DNA of 64,000 nt from assembly GCA_963775465.1 (NCBI GenBank), contig CAVZIW010000001.1, positions 32,001-96,000 on the forward strand, given 5' to 3'. Every line of letters starts with the position of its first letter. Within the stretch, counting starts at the first letter, position 1. Both the position numbers and the translations under genes were made by a program. A model generated the notes under the pieces. That model was not told where the DNA came from, did no database searches, and saw nothing but the letters and a program-made list of their open reading frames with translations. This DNA is from Candidatus Bathyarchaeota archaeon. GTDB lineage: Archaea; Thermoproteota; Bathyarchaeia; Bathyarchaeales; Bathycorpusculaceae. This document shows positions 46,377 to 57,463 of the stretch, in pieces.

Positions 46377-47240
46377 ATGACAGAAAATTCTGATGAAAAT
46401 AATATTTCATCTTACGTTCCAGTAACCAATCACGTTTTCTCCTTGTCCGAGTCTTTAGCGCTAAAAATCTATTCCGACAACACTCCAAAAAACATGAAAA
46501 TTGCTGACTTACAAAAAGGATTGATTCTTCTATGTAACGGAATTGATGTTGTTGGGGAAGGAACAGGATTTGGATTTCCGATTGCTAAATACTCTGATGA
46601 AACAGTTTTTCCTGGTTCATCTTTTCTGTACATTCGCAATATGGGGAGCATGCTTGAAATAAGAAAAGAATTTCTTATGAATATGGTTGCTCGAGATAGA
46701 ATCCGACACCTGAACCTGGAGAATCCGCGAGTCAGGGATGTATTTGATTATGTTTCTGAACTCTACCAAAGCCATGATTATCTTGCCCAATCAATTTTAT
46801 CAATTAAAGCACTACTTTTCAGGCTGGGAGTACAATCAAGCTTCAAGCTAAGTCCAAACAGGGGGCGTGTAGTTGTTGATTATAAAATTGGTAAAAACCA
46901 AGTATTGGTTAAACTGGCCTTTGGGCAGCTACAGCGAGCGAACCTTAGCAAAGTATTTGTGCTAAATGAGCAAGGGGCGCATTTCTTTAGTACTTACAAT
47001 GATTCAGAGGGCTTAAAGTTAGTAGATAAAGACATTGGCGCTTGGAAGAATGTAACGGCAAATTCAGCAAGAATCTCTGACTCAGAAAACAAAATTGGTT
47101 TTGGCCTTAAAAATATGAAGGGATGTATCTTGCGACGGGGAAGAGAACGAATGAAAGAATCCTTGAATTGGATTGGTTTAGATTATGAACTTGACCCAAA
47201 ATCGTATCTGTTCGAATATGAAATTGATCTTTTTGGATGA
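46377..47240 (+). CDS. Hypothetical protein co-transcribed with the radical SAM gene
   Basis: 287-aa ORF ending 7 bp before the next start. Confidence 0.7.
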   Translation: MTENSDENNISSYVPVTNHVFSLSESLALKIYSDNTPKNMKIADLQKGLILLCNGIDVVGEGTGFGFPIAKYSDETVFPGSSFLYIRNMGSMLEIRKEFLMNMVARDRIRHLNLENPRVRDVFDYVSELYQSHDYLAQSILSIKALLFRLGVQSSFKLSPNRGRVVVDYKIGKNQVLVKLAFGQLQRANLSKVFVLNEQGAHFFSTYNDSEGLKLVDKDIGAWKNVTANSARISDSENKIGFGLKNMKGCILRRGRERMKESLNWIGLDYELDPKSYLFEYEIDLFG

Positions 47241-47247
47241 ATTTTAG

Positions 47248-48612
47248 ATGACAATTTTAACTTTGGTCTATCCATACTTTCATCCTCGTATCGATACGTC
47301 TATGTTTAGATTCCCTCCGTTAGGATTGGGTTATATAGCAGCGTACCTGAGACAACATGGTATTTCTGTAGAAATTGTTGATTGCACTTTTATGGCGCAA
47401 GAGGCATCGATTAGAAAAATCATCAATTCGAAGCCAAGAATTATTGGGCTTCAAGCTATGTATTCGATGAAAGAGAAGTCGCTTGAACTAGCTGAACTTC
47501 TGAGGGATTATTGCGAGCTTCTGGTCGTTGGAGGTGCTCTTCCTACTACGGATCCTGAGTCGTTTCTTGGTGCTTTCGATATTGCAGTAGTTGGAGAAGG
47601 AGAACAGACTATGCTTGAACTCGTTAACCAATTTGTGAACGGGGGTGATTTATCTGGCATTAAGGGAATTGTGTATAGGGAAAAAACCTCTGGTAAAATT
47701 AAACGAACTTCGCAGCGTGGTTTGAGTGCAGATCTAAACTTTTTTCCTAATCCGTCAAGAGAGTTGTTTGATAATGAGGCTTATAAGAAATTCTTTTCTA
47801 AAAAATTTGGCTATACTACTACGGCAATTATGACTTCAAGAGGGTGTCCGTTTTCTTGCGATTTCTGTAGCAAACCTGTTTTTGGTAGTAATTTTAGAGC
47901 AAGATCAGCTTCTAAAGTTGTGGATGAAATTGAAGAAGTTATTTCTTTAGGTTACAGCAGAGTGTGGTTTGCTGATGATTGTTTTACTTTGGATCGTAAT
48001 CGTCTGCATGGAATATGTGATGAGATTATTAGACGTGGGTTGAAAATAAGTTGGGAATGTCTTTCAAGGGTGGATACGCTCAGTTCAGAGACTGTAGCCC
48101 TTATGAAGTTAGCTGGGTGTGTTAGAATGTTCTTTGGAGTTGAATCTGGAAACGACTCTATTTTGGAGTTAATGAATAAACAAATAACAATCAAACAAGT
48201 TGTTGAAGCTCTTCAATTGTGTAAAATCAGTGGAATTAAGGCTGGAGCTTTTTTTATAGTTGGGTACCCTGGGGAAAATGATAAAACTGTTTTGCAGACC
48301 ATAAAATTTGCATCTTCGCTTCCGCTGGATTATCTTTCGTTTACTATGCCTTACCCCATTCCTGGGACACCTCTTTTTGAGAGATTAGTTGGAGATATGG
48401 TTTGTGATGAATGGGCAGAGCCAAAAAACCTTAACTTAGTTAAGCATAAACTGCTTTTCGCCTCGGATTTATCTGAGAGGAAACTAAAATTTGCAATAGT
48501 TAAAGGCATGGCTCAGTTTTATTTTCAAAAATATTTGGGGAGAAATGGGTACAAGCTGCTTGGAAGGCCTTTTGAGAATGTTACGGATTCAATTTACAAT
48601 CTACTTCACTGA
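47248..48612 (+). CDS. B12-binding radical SAM protein
   Basis: PPLGLGYIAA, VVGEGE, TSRGCPFSCDFC, FADD, GVESG, IVGYPGE. Confidence 0.92.
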   Translation: MTILTLVYPYFHPRIDTSMFRFPPLGLGYIAAYLRQHGISVEIVDCTFMAQEASIRKIINSKPRIIGLQAMYSMKEKSLELAELLRDYCELLVVGGALPTTDPESFLGAFDIAVVGEGEQTMLELVNQFVNGGDLSGIKGIVYREKTSGKIKRTSQRGLSADLNFFPNPSRELFDNEAYKKFFSKKFGYTTTAIMTSRGCPFSCDFCSKPVFGSNFRARSASKVVDEIEEVISLGYSRVWFADDCFTLDRNRLHGICDEIIRRGLKISWECLSRVDTLSSETVALMKLAGCVRMFFGVESGNDSILELMNKQITIKQVVEALQLCKISGIKAGAFFIVGYPGENDKTVLQTIKFASSLPLDYLSFTMPYPIPGTPLFERLVGDMVCDEWAEPKNLNLVKHKLLFASDLSERKLKFAIVKGMAQFYFQKYLGRNGYKLLGRPFENVTDSIYNLLH

Positions 48613-49584
48613 TTGATTGACCTTCCTTAACCTAAAAGATTATGTAACTTTCATTTTTTGATAAAAAAACTGTTGTCAGTCCATCTTTCGACTAGATCTT
48701 TTATATGAAAATGCATTATATGTATGTACGCTTTGATGGGATCCTGGTATATTTCTGATAAAATAGCATTGAAAAGAGTTTGCATTTTCTCTTTTCTCCT
48801 AAGTTTATTCGGGGTCCTGTCAGGCTCCTAATTTCAACGATCAAAAATAATGCAAATTATTTCTTTATAGCTGATTTTTCGACGAGGTACTTTTATTTTT
48901 TTCTTCACTCATAGATTTGATGTTATTAATATAAGCTAAAGATTTTGATATATTTCGATTTTAGAAATATCCTATTTAAACTTAGAAAACAACTTTTGTT
49001 TGAGGAGAAAGGAGCGCTTCTCATAAAAAAAATTGAGGCAAATTTGTGGTCGAAAAAATCTTTAAAGAAATTTTAAACAGCAAAGACGGCGACTACATTT
49101 TTAAAGCAAAAGTACTTGCCGCAATGAAACCCAACGGTTGGTAAACTGATCACCTACTCAATTTTTAAGTTTCTAGGGTGTGCAAAATTGTAATGTATTG
49201 TCTATTTTGCGTTATTTTGTTTATCTGCTAGAACAACAAAACCTAAAAAATTCTTGTTGTTGTTCTTCCGACTTTTCAGTGCGTGAAGAGAGAGGTTTGG
49301 AGCTTGTTGCTGCAAATTTTTCCCCAAAATTTTTGCTTTTCTGCAAGATGTGGCTGATTTCATTTTGAGGCATGTTGTTTTTTAATCCTTGATCGGCAAG
49401 AACTCTGATTGATCTTAGAAGTCCATATCATGGATTTCCTTTGTTTTTTCTTTAAAGGCGGTTGATTTGTTGACCAAAAGCCCGCTTACTCTACTTTGAA
49501 TAGAGAACCCTAACTTAGTTGTTGTAGTGGCAAAACAGTCACATAACGTTTATTTTCCTAATTGAGACTAAATATTGGACTATT

Positions 49585-50580
49585 ATGTCTGACGTAATTT
49601 CTGTGAAGAATCTAGTTGAAGTATATAATGATGGCACAAAAGCTGTTGACGATATTTCATTCAATGTTAAGGAAGGCGAATTTTTTGGTTTTTTGGGTCC
49701 CAACGGTGCAGGCAAAAGCACGACTATCAAGATCTTAACAACTCTGCTTAGAAAAACTTCAGGGTCTGTTGAAATTGCTGGTTTCAACCTTGATTCAGCT
49801 GCATCGGATATCCGTAAGATTATCGGTGTTCAAAGCCAAGAGACCACTGTTGATGGAGACTTAACTGGTCGAGAAAACATTGAGTTGCAGGGACATTTTC
49901 ACCAGATGAAGAGTGAAAATATCAAAATACGAGTTGACGAACTCTTGGGTTTAGTAGGTCTCCAAGAAGCTGCTGAAAAACGCGCTAGAAACTATTCGGG
50001 TGGCATGAAAAAACGCCTTGACCTAGCCACTGCCCTTATTCATAAACCAAAACTTCTCTTTCTAGATGAACCAACCACGGGTTTGGATCCTCAGTCACGG
50101 GCAGCCATTTGGGGATATTTACAGAAACTAAACAAGGATGAAGGAATAACTATTTTCTTAACTACTCAGTACCTGGAAGAAGCAGATAAGTTATGCAAAA
50201 GACTTTCAATAATTGATTCGGGAAAAATAGTTGCAAGTGGCTCTCCAACTGAGCTAAAGCGGGAAATTGGCGCCGACTCCATTAGAATTTCTCTTGAGAA
50301 CTGTAAAAAAGACAGCTCTAGAGCCAAAGAAATAATCAAAACAATGACAGATGTTACCGATATAATGGAGTCAGAAGAATGTCTCACAGTTTACGCCAAG
50401 AACGCTGGTCTACTAATCGCTGATATCGTGCGGGCTTTAGATAGTAGTGATATTCGGCTTGCGTCAGTTACGTTTTCTTCGCCTTCGCTTGATGATGTTT
50501 TTATGAAGCATACTGGCAAGCGAATACGGACTGAGGAGCTCGTTAAAGCTCCCAGTAGAATGTTTGGAGGTCGACGTTAA
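49585..50580 (+). CDS. ABC-2 exporter ATP-binding protein (DrrA-like)
   Basis: GPNGAGKST, YSGGMKKR, LFLDEPTTGLD, SLDDVF. Confidence 0.92.
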   Translation: MSDVISVKNLVEVYNDGTKAVDDISFNVKEGEFFGFLGPNGAGKSTTIKILTTLLRKTSGSVEIAGFNLDSAASDIRKIIGVQSQETTVDGDLTGRENIELQGHFHQMKSENIKIRVDELLGLVGLQEAAEKRARNYSGGMKKRLDLATALIHKPKLLFLDEPTTGLDPQSRAAIWGYLQKLNKDEGITIFLTTQYLEEADKLCKRLSIIDSGKIVASGSPTELKREIGADSIRISLENCKKDSSRAKEIIKTMTDVTDIMESEECLTVYAKNAGLLIADIVRALDSSDIRLASVTFSSPSLDDVFMKHTGKRIRTEELVKAPSRMFGGRR

Positions 50581-50582
50581 AA

Positions 50583-51356
50583 ATGACTTTGCTTTCTGAT
50601 ACTCGTTACATCTTCGTAAGGTACATGACAAAGCTTATTCGCACGCCTATTTTGCTTTTCTTTTCGCTTTTCCAACCGCTTTTATTCCTCTTGTTATTTA
50701 CTCAGCTGCTGGGCAGGCTCGGAAATATTCCAGGCATATTGCCTGCAGGAGTAGGTTATTTGGAGTTTGCGACGGCGGGGATCTTGATGCAAAACGCTTT
50801 TGGAAGTGCTTTGCAGTCTGGAAATTCGATTGTGGCTGATATTGATTCGGGTTTTTTGCAGAAGATGCTTGTGACTCCTGTAAGTCGTCCTGCGATTCTT
50901 CTGGGTAGGTTAAGTAGTGATGCTTTTAGGGTGGTTGTTCAGACCGCGATCATTCTAGGTTTGGCTTATGCGTTGGGTGCTTATGTTACTACTGGTGTTA
51001 TCGGAATTTTGCTTATTTTCTTTACTTTGGCATTTTTTGGGCTTGCATGGTCAGGGATTTCTTTAGCCTTGGGTATGAAGACTCGAAGTTCCGAGACGGT
51101 TTTTGCTATAGGCGGTGTTATTACTTTTCCGTTGTTGTTTTTGAGTCCTGCTTTGTTTCCGATTAGTTTTCTGCCTGATTGGGTGCAGACTGTGTCAAAG
51201 TTTAATCCTGTAAGCTACGCAGTAGATGCAAGCCGAGCCCTAATGATCAATGGCTACGACTGGGCAACAATTCTTCCAGCTTGGGGAGTAATCGGGTTGG
51301 TTGCTCTAATAACTATGAGTGCAACTCTTTACCAATTCAGAAAAGTGGTCAGCTAA
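50583..51356 (+). CDS. ABC-2 type permease
   Basis: Six TM helices, TPVSR..ILLG, LPDWVQ...FNPVSY. Confidence 0.9.
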   Translation: MTLLSDTRYIFVRYMTKLIRTPILLFFSLFQPLLFLLLFTQLLGRLGNIPGILPAGVGYLEFATAGILMQNAFGSALQSGNSIVADIDSGFLQKMLVTPVSRPAILLGRLSSDAFRVVVQTAIILGLAYALGAYVTTGVIGILLIFFTLAFFGLAWSGISLALGMKTRSSETVFAIGGVITFPLLFLSPALFPISFLPDWVQTVSKFNPVSYAVDASRALMINGYDWATILPAWGVIGLVALITMSATLYQFRKVVS

Positions 51357-51360
51357 AACC

Positions 51361-51642
51361 CTATTTAATAGGGTACATGTGAGCATCAACATCGGCTGGC
51401 TTTTTTAGTTTCCTAATTTTAATTTCGATTAATTCAGGTTCAGTTGCGTCGAGTCCCTTTAGAGTTTTTGAAACCCCCATAACGATATTTCCGATTGTTT
51501 CTTGAACAAAGTTGTTGAGCGGAACTATGTTTCCGTCAATATACATGTCTGTTTCAAAATTTTTCTTAATAACCCGATGGCTTTCTTCCAAAAAATTCAC
51601 CAATAAATCTTTGTCCATGACAGATAAAAGAATATCGCCCAA
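51361..51642 (-). CDS. Small protein resembling the MobB C-terminal domain; start may be later
   Basis: YIDG..VPLNNFVQETI.NIV.G...TLKG...IEIKI. Confidence 0.55.
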   Translation of the reverse strand: MGDILLSVMDKDLLVNFLEESHRVIKKNFETDMYIDGNIVPLNNFVQETIGNIVMGVSKTLKGLDATEPELIEIKIRKLKKPADVDAHMYPIK

Positions 51643-51758
51643 CCACAGTTAAGCTCTATATTTTTTTGGTTAAGTATATTTTCATATATTCTTTGGGAAC
51701 AAATCATGATTAAAACAAGCTGACTAATGTAACAACTAATATACCTAAATAGTTAATA

Positions 51759-53498
51759 GTGTCAGTCTTGAGCAAAAAATTCACTCTCGAAAGGAGCGGT
51801 ACCTTGCTTACTAAACTGTCGAATACACTCAATGGCCTATCCTCCAAAAAACCCTTAAAGTACACTCTCTACCTCTCAGCAATCATTATCTTTTTCGCTA
51901 TTATTCTCGTACCACCAATCATTGGTATTCTAACCAAAGCTGGTTCACTTCAAAATGTTTTTGATAATCCATCACTGATGAATACAGCTTTGAGTGCAAT
52001 AGCCGCCTCATTCATAATTGGTCTAATTGTTGCTGCTTTGGATTTGTTAGCAGGTGTTCCGTTAGCTTGGTTTATCACTCGAGGTAAATCTAGGTGGCTG
52101 ACCGTTTTAGATACTCTGGCCGACTTACCTTTTGTTGTACCAACCGCGGCATTAGGTTATTCTCTTTTACTATTTTGGAGTTCTAGTGGCGGAATATCCG
52201 ATTTATTTGGACACCCCTTTGTTTCGCCCGGCTGGCTACTTGTGATGTTTTTACATTTCACTTTTTCTTTTCCTGTCGTTGTTCGTGTTATTGTTGGTGC
52301 AATGCTTGATTACAAGATGGAATATGAACGGGCTTCTCGAACACTTGGAGCGCCGCCTTTGACGGCTTCAAGAACCGTAACTTTCCCAATAATAAAACCT
52401 TCCTTAATTGCCGCATATACTCTTGCTTTTGCCAGATCTCTCTCTGAGACTGGGGCCACCTTTATCGTAGCTGCAGGCTTATTCCTTAATGGTCCAGTTT
52501 TTATTCAGACAGTCAGTAACCAATTCAAAGAGGGCTCTATATCACAAGGAACTTATGAAGGCGCAACAGTTTTTGCAAGCATAATTTTGATTATTGTGTC
52601 ATTAGCTATCTTTGTCCTAATTCGAATTGTTGGTCAAAGGATGAAGTTGCCTTTTGGTCATGGTTTGTCTCACTTTGAAAAGAAGTTAAGCTATAAAAAA
52701 TCCGCTTGGACACGTAACGGGGTTGCCGTAGCCGTTTTTCTGGTAATTGTCTTAATTCCATCATTGTTTGTTTCACTGCCTGCTTTCCAAGCAATTGCAA
52801 CAGGTACAACTCTATTCGATGCTTTCACTGGCTCAGGAATTTGGGCAAGTTACTGGCAAAGCCTTGCGCTATCATACACGTTAGCCGCCGTAGTTACTGT
52901 ATTAGGTATAGCTTTGGGTTTACCGATGGCAATACTTATTTCTCGCAAAACTTTTGGCAAATTCCTCTCCTCGATCCTAGACACCCTGATAAACGTTCCA
53001 ATAATTGTCCCTTCAATTGCACTTGGAGTTTCCCTAAAGTTCTTCTGGTCAAACCTGCCGGGAATCCCCGAGTTTTTGCTCCTTGTGTTTGCCCATTTAG
53101 CCATTACTTACCCTTACTTTGTGAGGTCCATGTCAGCAGCCATGGAGAGGATAAGCATAGATATGGAAGAAGCAGCTAAAACTTTAGGGGCTAAGCCGTT
53201 CACGGTTTTCAAAACAATCGTTTTGCCTATAACCAAGTATTCTATACTATCTGGCGCAATCATTGTTTTTACTCGCAGTGTTAGTGAAACAGGAGCAACC
53301 TTGGCAGTGACTTCAAAACTTCAGACAGCTCCGGTTTTGATAGTCAACTGGGTTAACTCGGTTAGAGGAACCATATCACCGATAAGCGGCGTTACCGCAT
53401 TAAATGTGGGTTTAGCATGCGGTTTGCTTATTTTGTTTAGCTTCATCATTCTGTTGGTATTAAGGCTCTTAACCAGGAAAGGGAAATATTTAGAATGA
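51759..53498 (+). CDS. ABC importer permease with two fused TM domains (Fe3+/molybdate/tungstate-type)
   Basis: Two EAA loops (YERASRTLGA, MEEAAKTLGA) and two SETGAT motifs. Confidence 0.88.
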   Translation: MSVLSKKFTLERSGTLLTKLSNTLNGLSSKKPLKYTLYLSAIIIFFAIILVPPIIGILTKAGSLQNVFDNPSLMNTALSAIAASFIIGLIVAALDLLAGVPLAWFITRGKSRWLTVLDTLADLPFVVPTAALGYSLLLFWSSSGGISDLFGHPFVSPGWLLVMFLHFTFSFPVVVRVIVGAMLDYKMEYERASRTLGAPPLTASRTVTFPIIKPSLIAAYTLAFARSLSETGATFIVAAGLFLNGPVFIQTVSNQFKEGSISQGTYEGATVFASIILIIVSLAIFVLIRIVGQRMKLPFGHGLSHFEKKLSYKKSAWTRNGVAVAVFLVIVLIPSLFVSLPAFQAIATGTTLFDAFTGSGIWASYWQSLALSYTLAAVVTVLGIALGLPMAILISRKTFGKFLSSILDTLINVPIIVPSIALGVSLKFFWSNLPGIPEFLLLVFAHLAITYPYFVRSMSAAMERISIDMEEAAKTLGAKPFTVFKTIVLPITKYSILSGAIIVFTRSVSETGATLAVTSKLQTAPVLIVNWVNSVRGTISPISGVTALNVGLACGLLILFSFIILLVLRLLTRKGKYLE

Positions 53499-53543
53499 TA
53501 ACTCAAAAATCACTTAATCATATGAAAAAGGAGCAAACAGAAC

Positions 53544-54647
53544 ATGCCTGATATTCGAGTTGTAAATCTAACAAAGAAATATGGTACAGTATACGCTTTG
53601 AACAATGTCAGCTTGACTATTCATGACCAAGAATACTTTTCCCTCCTCGGACCCAGCGGATGCGGAAAAACTACACTATTGCGCTTGATCGCCGGACTTA
53701 TCGATCCAGATGAAGGAGAAATCTACATAGGCGATAAACGAGTCGATAAATCTCCGCCTGAAGACCGAGACATAGGCTTTGTTTTTCAAACTTTCGCTCT
53801 TTTTCCCCATATGACCGCTTGGAGCAATGTAATCTATGGACCTAAAGTAAAAAACTATGATGCAAAGCAGGCTGAAACAATTGGGCATGAAGTTCTCGAA
53901 CTTGTCAAACTTGATGAACGATTGAATGCATATCCAGGTGAACTTAGCGGTGGAATGATGCAGAGAATTGCAGTTGCTCGCGCATTAGCCGCAGGCGCAA
54001 AAACCCTTCTTTTGGATGAACCCTTAGGGCAGCTTGATGCAAAAGTACGCAACGAAATCCGATATGAGATTCGTAGAATGGCAAAAGATCTCAAGCTAAC
54101 TGCAATACATGTGACTCATGACCAAGCGGAAGCTATGTCTATTTCTGATCGAATTGCAGTCATGAAGAAGGGTAAAATCGTGCAGATTGGCTCTCCTCAG
54201 GAACTCTATATGCACCCTAATAGCTTGTTTGTTGCCCACTTCATTGGAGAATCCAACTTTTTAGAGGGTTATGTTACAAAGACAAAAGGCAAATTCTCTG
54301 AAATTGAGTTGCGTGAGGGATTAAAGATTCAAGCTTTAAATTCCAGGAGCATAAAGCAAGACGAAAGAGTAGTCCTAGCTATAAGACCTGAAACTTGTGA
54401 AATGAAGAAAGGCCAAATAGCGGCAAAAAACGGTTTAGTTGGTAAAGTTGAAAAAACAACTTTTGAAGGAACTATTATCCGTTATGAAATTAGGCTTCAC
54501 AACGGAGATAGATTTGTAATTAACCGTCCATCGCTTACGGAAGATTGGTTTGACATAGGCGAGGGGGTTACTATTACTTATCCTCTTGAGAAAGCGCATT
54601 TGTTTCAGTATCCTGAAGCTGGCTTATCGGAAGAAATCTCTGTTTAA
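53544..54647 (+). CDS. ABC importer ATP-binding protein with TOBE domain (PotA/FbpC-like)
   Basis: GPSGCGKTT, LSGGMMQR, LLLDEP, VTHDQAEA. Confidence 0.92.
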   Translation: MPDIRVVNLTKKYGTVYALNNVSLTIHDQEYFSLLGPSGCGKTTLLRLIAGLIDPDEGEIYIGDKRVDKSPPEDRDIGFVFQTFALFPHMTAWSNVIYGPKVKNYDAKQAETIGHEVLELVKLDERLNAYPGELSGGMMQRIAVARALAAGAKTLLLDEPLGQLDAKVRNEIRYEIRRMAKDLKLTAIHVTHDQAEAMSISDRIAVMKKGKIVQIGSPQELYMHPNSLFVAHFIGESNFLEGYVTKTKGKFSEIELREGLKIQALNSRSIKQDERVVLAIRPETCEMKKGQIAAKNGLVGKVEKTTFEGTIIRYEIRLHNGDRFVINRPSLTEDWFDIGEGVTITYPLEKAHLFQYPEAGLSEEISV

Positions 54648-55044
54648 TTCCTTGCTGTACAAAGTTGGGCTCTTGCAACTCATCGTTTGCAACAGACAAG
54701 CAATTATCCTTTAACTGAGCTGTGCTTTTTTGTATGTTTATTTAAAAAACCATGGTGTTTACCCTTTTTTAGTTGTAAAAATTTAAATGTGAGTTTTAAT
54801 TCTTTATGCAAATAGCTCGGGGTAGTATGGGAGAATATAAGATAATTGGGGAGAGTATACTAGGTGGGTATGTCTCTACTACAAAGGATGGCTGTCTGTC
54901 ATCTATAGAATGTTCTGACGTTTTGTACAGTTTTAATGCAGAAAAATTTATATACGTTCATAGTAAAGCTTTTTGCTATAACAAGTGTAAAGTTAACTCT
55001 ACACTTAAGGCATCTTTAATGATTGCAGAAATTAGAGGAGATCA

Positions 55045-55389
55045 TTGATGGATTTAGTTATTGCAGCCATAATAGCCTTCGTGTTAATATTAGCTTCAAT
55101 ATTGGTAATTTATGGTTTAGGAAAAAGATCCGCTCCAAAAACCACTATAGGTGAAAACGAGCAAGCAGCCTACGCCTGCGGAGAAAAAGTCTCATTTCCA
55201 GGTTTAACAATAAACGTATCTCTCTACAAGTACCTAGTTTACTTTGTTGTTTTTGACACATCTGTATTGGTACTCGCTTTTGCTGCACTTGCAATAATAG
55301 AGTTTGCAAACCCGATTATTCTAATCCTTTATGTTAGCATAATACTCGCAGCTGGTCTAGTTCTACTTGACAGAGGAAAAGATGAATGA
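55045..55389 (+). CDS. NuoA-like membrane subunit of hydrogenase complex
   Basis: Three TM helices, YACGE, FVVFD. Confidence 0.82.
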   Translation: MMDLVIAAIIAFVLILASILVIYGLGKRSAPKTTIGENEQAAYACGEKVSFPGLTINVSLYKYLVYFVVFDTSVLVLAFAALAIIEFANPIILILYVSIILAAGLVLLDRGKDE

Positions 55390-55898
55390 CTGACACAAAA
55401 ACATGGGCACGCATAAAATCTCCTTGGGTTCTTCATTTCAACTCTGGAGCCTGCAATGGGTGTGACATCGAAATCGTCGCTTTATTAACACCAAAATATG
55501 ATGTTGAACGCTTTGGAGTAAAACTTGAACCCTCACCACGTCACGCGGACGTTCTACTAGTAACAGGTTGCGTAACACAACAATGCGCTGAGCGAATGAA
55601 ACGAATCTACGACCAAATGCCGCAACCTAAATTTGTCGTTGCCATAGGTGCTTGCGCATGCAGCGGCGGCGTTTTTGAAGGTAACTATAACGTTCTTGGC
55701 GGCGTGGACAAAGTAATACCAGTTACAGCATACATACCGGGATGCCCACCACGTCCCGAGGCAATTTTGGACGGAGTGGTAAAGCTCTTAAATGCACTAA
55801 ACCCACCAAAACAAAAAAAGCCGTCCAAACAAACCGAAGTTCCAAAGCAAGAAATAAAAACAATAATTGAGGAGGCAAAACCAATTGTCAAACAATAA
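55386..55898 (+). CDS. NuoB-like hydrogenase small subunit
   Basis: CNGCDIE, SPRHADVLLVTG, GACA, IPGCPPRP. Confidence 0.92.
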   Translation: MTDTKTWARIKSPWVLHFNSGACNGCDIEIVALLTPKYDVERFGVKLEPSPRHADVLLVTGCVTQQCAERMKRIYDQMPQPKFVVAIGACACSGGVFEGNYNVLGGVDKVIPVTAYIPGCPPRPEAILDGVVKLLNALNPPKQKKPSKQTEVPKQEIKTIIEEAKPIVKQ

Positions 55899-57456
55899 AA
55901 TAGACATTCTAAACGTAGTCGAGTCTAAACTCGGAAGCAAAGTCCAAATCCAACCCGGACATCTAAGCACGGGATCTATAATTGCCAACAACGGTTTGCA
56001 CCGAGAAGTCCTAAAAGCCATGATCGAAGCTGACGAAAAAACAGGCATAATCGCTATTACAGGGTTAGATCTAGGAGAAAAATTGGGTGTTTACTATCAT
56101 TTCCGTACTTCAAACGCGCTCGTTACACTTAAAGCTGAAGTACCTAAAGCAAACCCTACAATCCAAACTATAGTTGACCTTCACCCAGGCGCGGCTTTTC
56201 ATGAACTTGAAGTAACAGACCTTTTGGGCGTAATTTTCGAGGGAAACAGACCAGAGGGTCACTTTGTCTTGTCCGAATATTGGCCCCAAGGCGTTTATCC
56301 GCTAAGAAAAGACGTAAAGGCTAACGAAATTAAACTAAGTCCACCTCAGGAAACTAATAAGCCTGCAGAAGATCCACGTCAAGTTAAAATAATAATTGGT
56401 CCCCAACATCCCGCGCTGCTAGAACCTGAAAAGTTCTCTGTGACCGTAGATGGGGAAACCGTTACAAAAGTCGAACCCCGTATTGGCTATGTTCATCGCG
56501 GTATAGAAAAAGCAACTGAATCACGCACTTACCTCCAAGATGTTTACTTGGTTGAAAGAATATGTGGTATCTGCAACAGCATTCACGCAGCTGCATTCGT
56601 AGAAGCAGTGGAAAAAATAATTAAAGTAGACATTCCTCCAAGAGCAAAATATCTTCGTGTCATTGCTCTAGAACTTAACAGGTTGCACAGCCACTTGCTG
56701 ACCTTAGGCCATGCAGGATTAGAAATCGGTTATGAAACTCTTTTCCAGTATTTCTGGAGAGACCGTGAACCAATCATGGACCTTATCGAGCTAACCAGCG
56801 GTAACCGTGTCTACTCATCTTTAATGGCCGTCGGCGGAGTAAGACGAGACATCAAAAATGAAGATATCCCTAAAATTAAGTCAGTTCTAAAAACCCTTCG
56901 AGGACAATTACCTTTCTACAGACAAATTTACACAAGCGAACCAACACTGAGGCTTCGAATGAAAGATGTCGGCGTGCTTGAACGCAAAGACGCTTTAGCA
57001 TTATCAGTTGTTGGTCCAGTTGCAAGAGGCTCAGGCGTTGACATTGATGTACGTAAAGATGAACCCTATGAAGCATACGCGGAAATCCCCTTCAAAGAAA
57101 TTGTCTACAAGGACGGCGACACATGGGCAAGAATGAACGTGCGCATGGACGAAGTAGAAGAAAGTATAAACATCATTGAATACGCAGTTGACCATCTGCC
57201 TTCAGGCCCTATCAAACTTAACCTTCCACGTTCAGTTCCCGCAGGTGAAGCCGTAAACCGAGTAGAAGCTCCCAGAGGTGAACTTTTCTACTACGTTAAA
57301 GCAAACGGAACCGACAAGCCAGATCGCGTAAAAGTTAGAACTCCAACATTTGCTAACCTGCCATCCTTCCTAAAGACAGCTATAGGTGAAAGCATCGCTG
57401 ATGTCCCCGCAAACTTTGTTAGCTTAGACCCATGCTTCTCATGCACTGATCGGTGA
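55867..57456 (+). CDS. Group 4 [NiFe]-hydrogenase large subunit with fused NuoC-like domain
   Basis: L1 ERICGIC and L2 DPCFSCTDR motifs; GPQHP, GYVHRGIEK. Confidence 0.92.
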   Translation: MRRQNQLSNNKIDILNVVESKLGSKVQIQPGHLSTGSIIANNGLHREVLKAMIEADEKTGIIAITGLDLGEKLGVYYHFRTSNALVTLKAEVPKANPTIQTIVDLHPGAAFHELEVTDLLGVIFEGNRPEGHFVLSEYWPQGVYPLRKDVKANEIKLSPPQETNKPAEDPRQVKIIIGPQHPALLEPEKFSVTVDGETVTKVEPRIGYVHRGIEKATESRTYLQDVYLVERICGICNSIHAAAFVEAVEKIIKVDIPPRAKYLRVIALELNRLHSHLLTLGHAGLEIGYETLFQYFWRDREPIMDLIELTSGNRVYSSLMAVGGVRRDIKNEDIPKIKSVLKTLRGQLPFYRQIYTSEPTLRLRMKDVGVLERKDALALSVVGPVARGSGVDIDVRKDEPYEAYAEIPFKEIVYKDGDTWARMNVRMDEVEESINIIEYAVDHLPSGPIKLNLPRSVPAGEAVNRVEAPRGELFYYVKANGTDKPDRVKVRTPTFANLPSFLKTAIGESIADVPANFVSLDPCFSCTDR

Positions 57457-57463
57457 TAGTCCG

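Noticed and set aside
49085-49160. Fluoride riboswitch-like words (GGCGA...CTGATCACCTAC)
   Set aside because: Core pairing and consensus are not met and no crcB-type gene follows
54806-55048. 80-aa ORF upstream of the hydrogenase operon
   Set aside because: No recognisable motif; overlaps the probable promoter (TTTATATA at ~54947)
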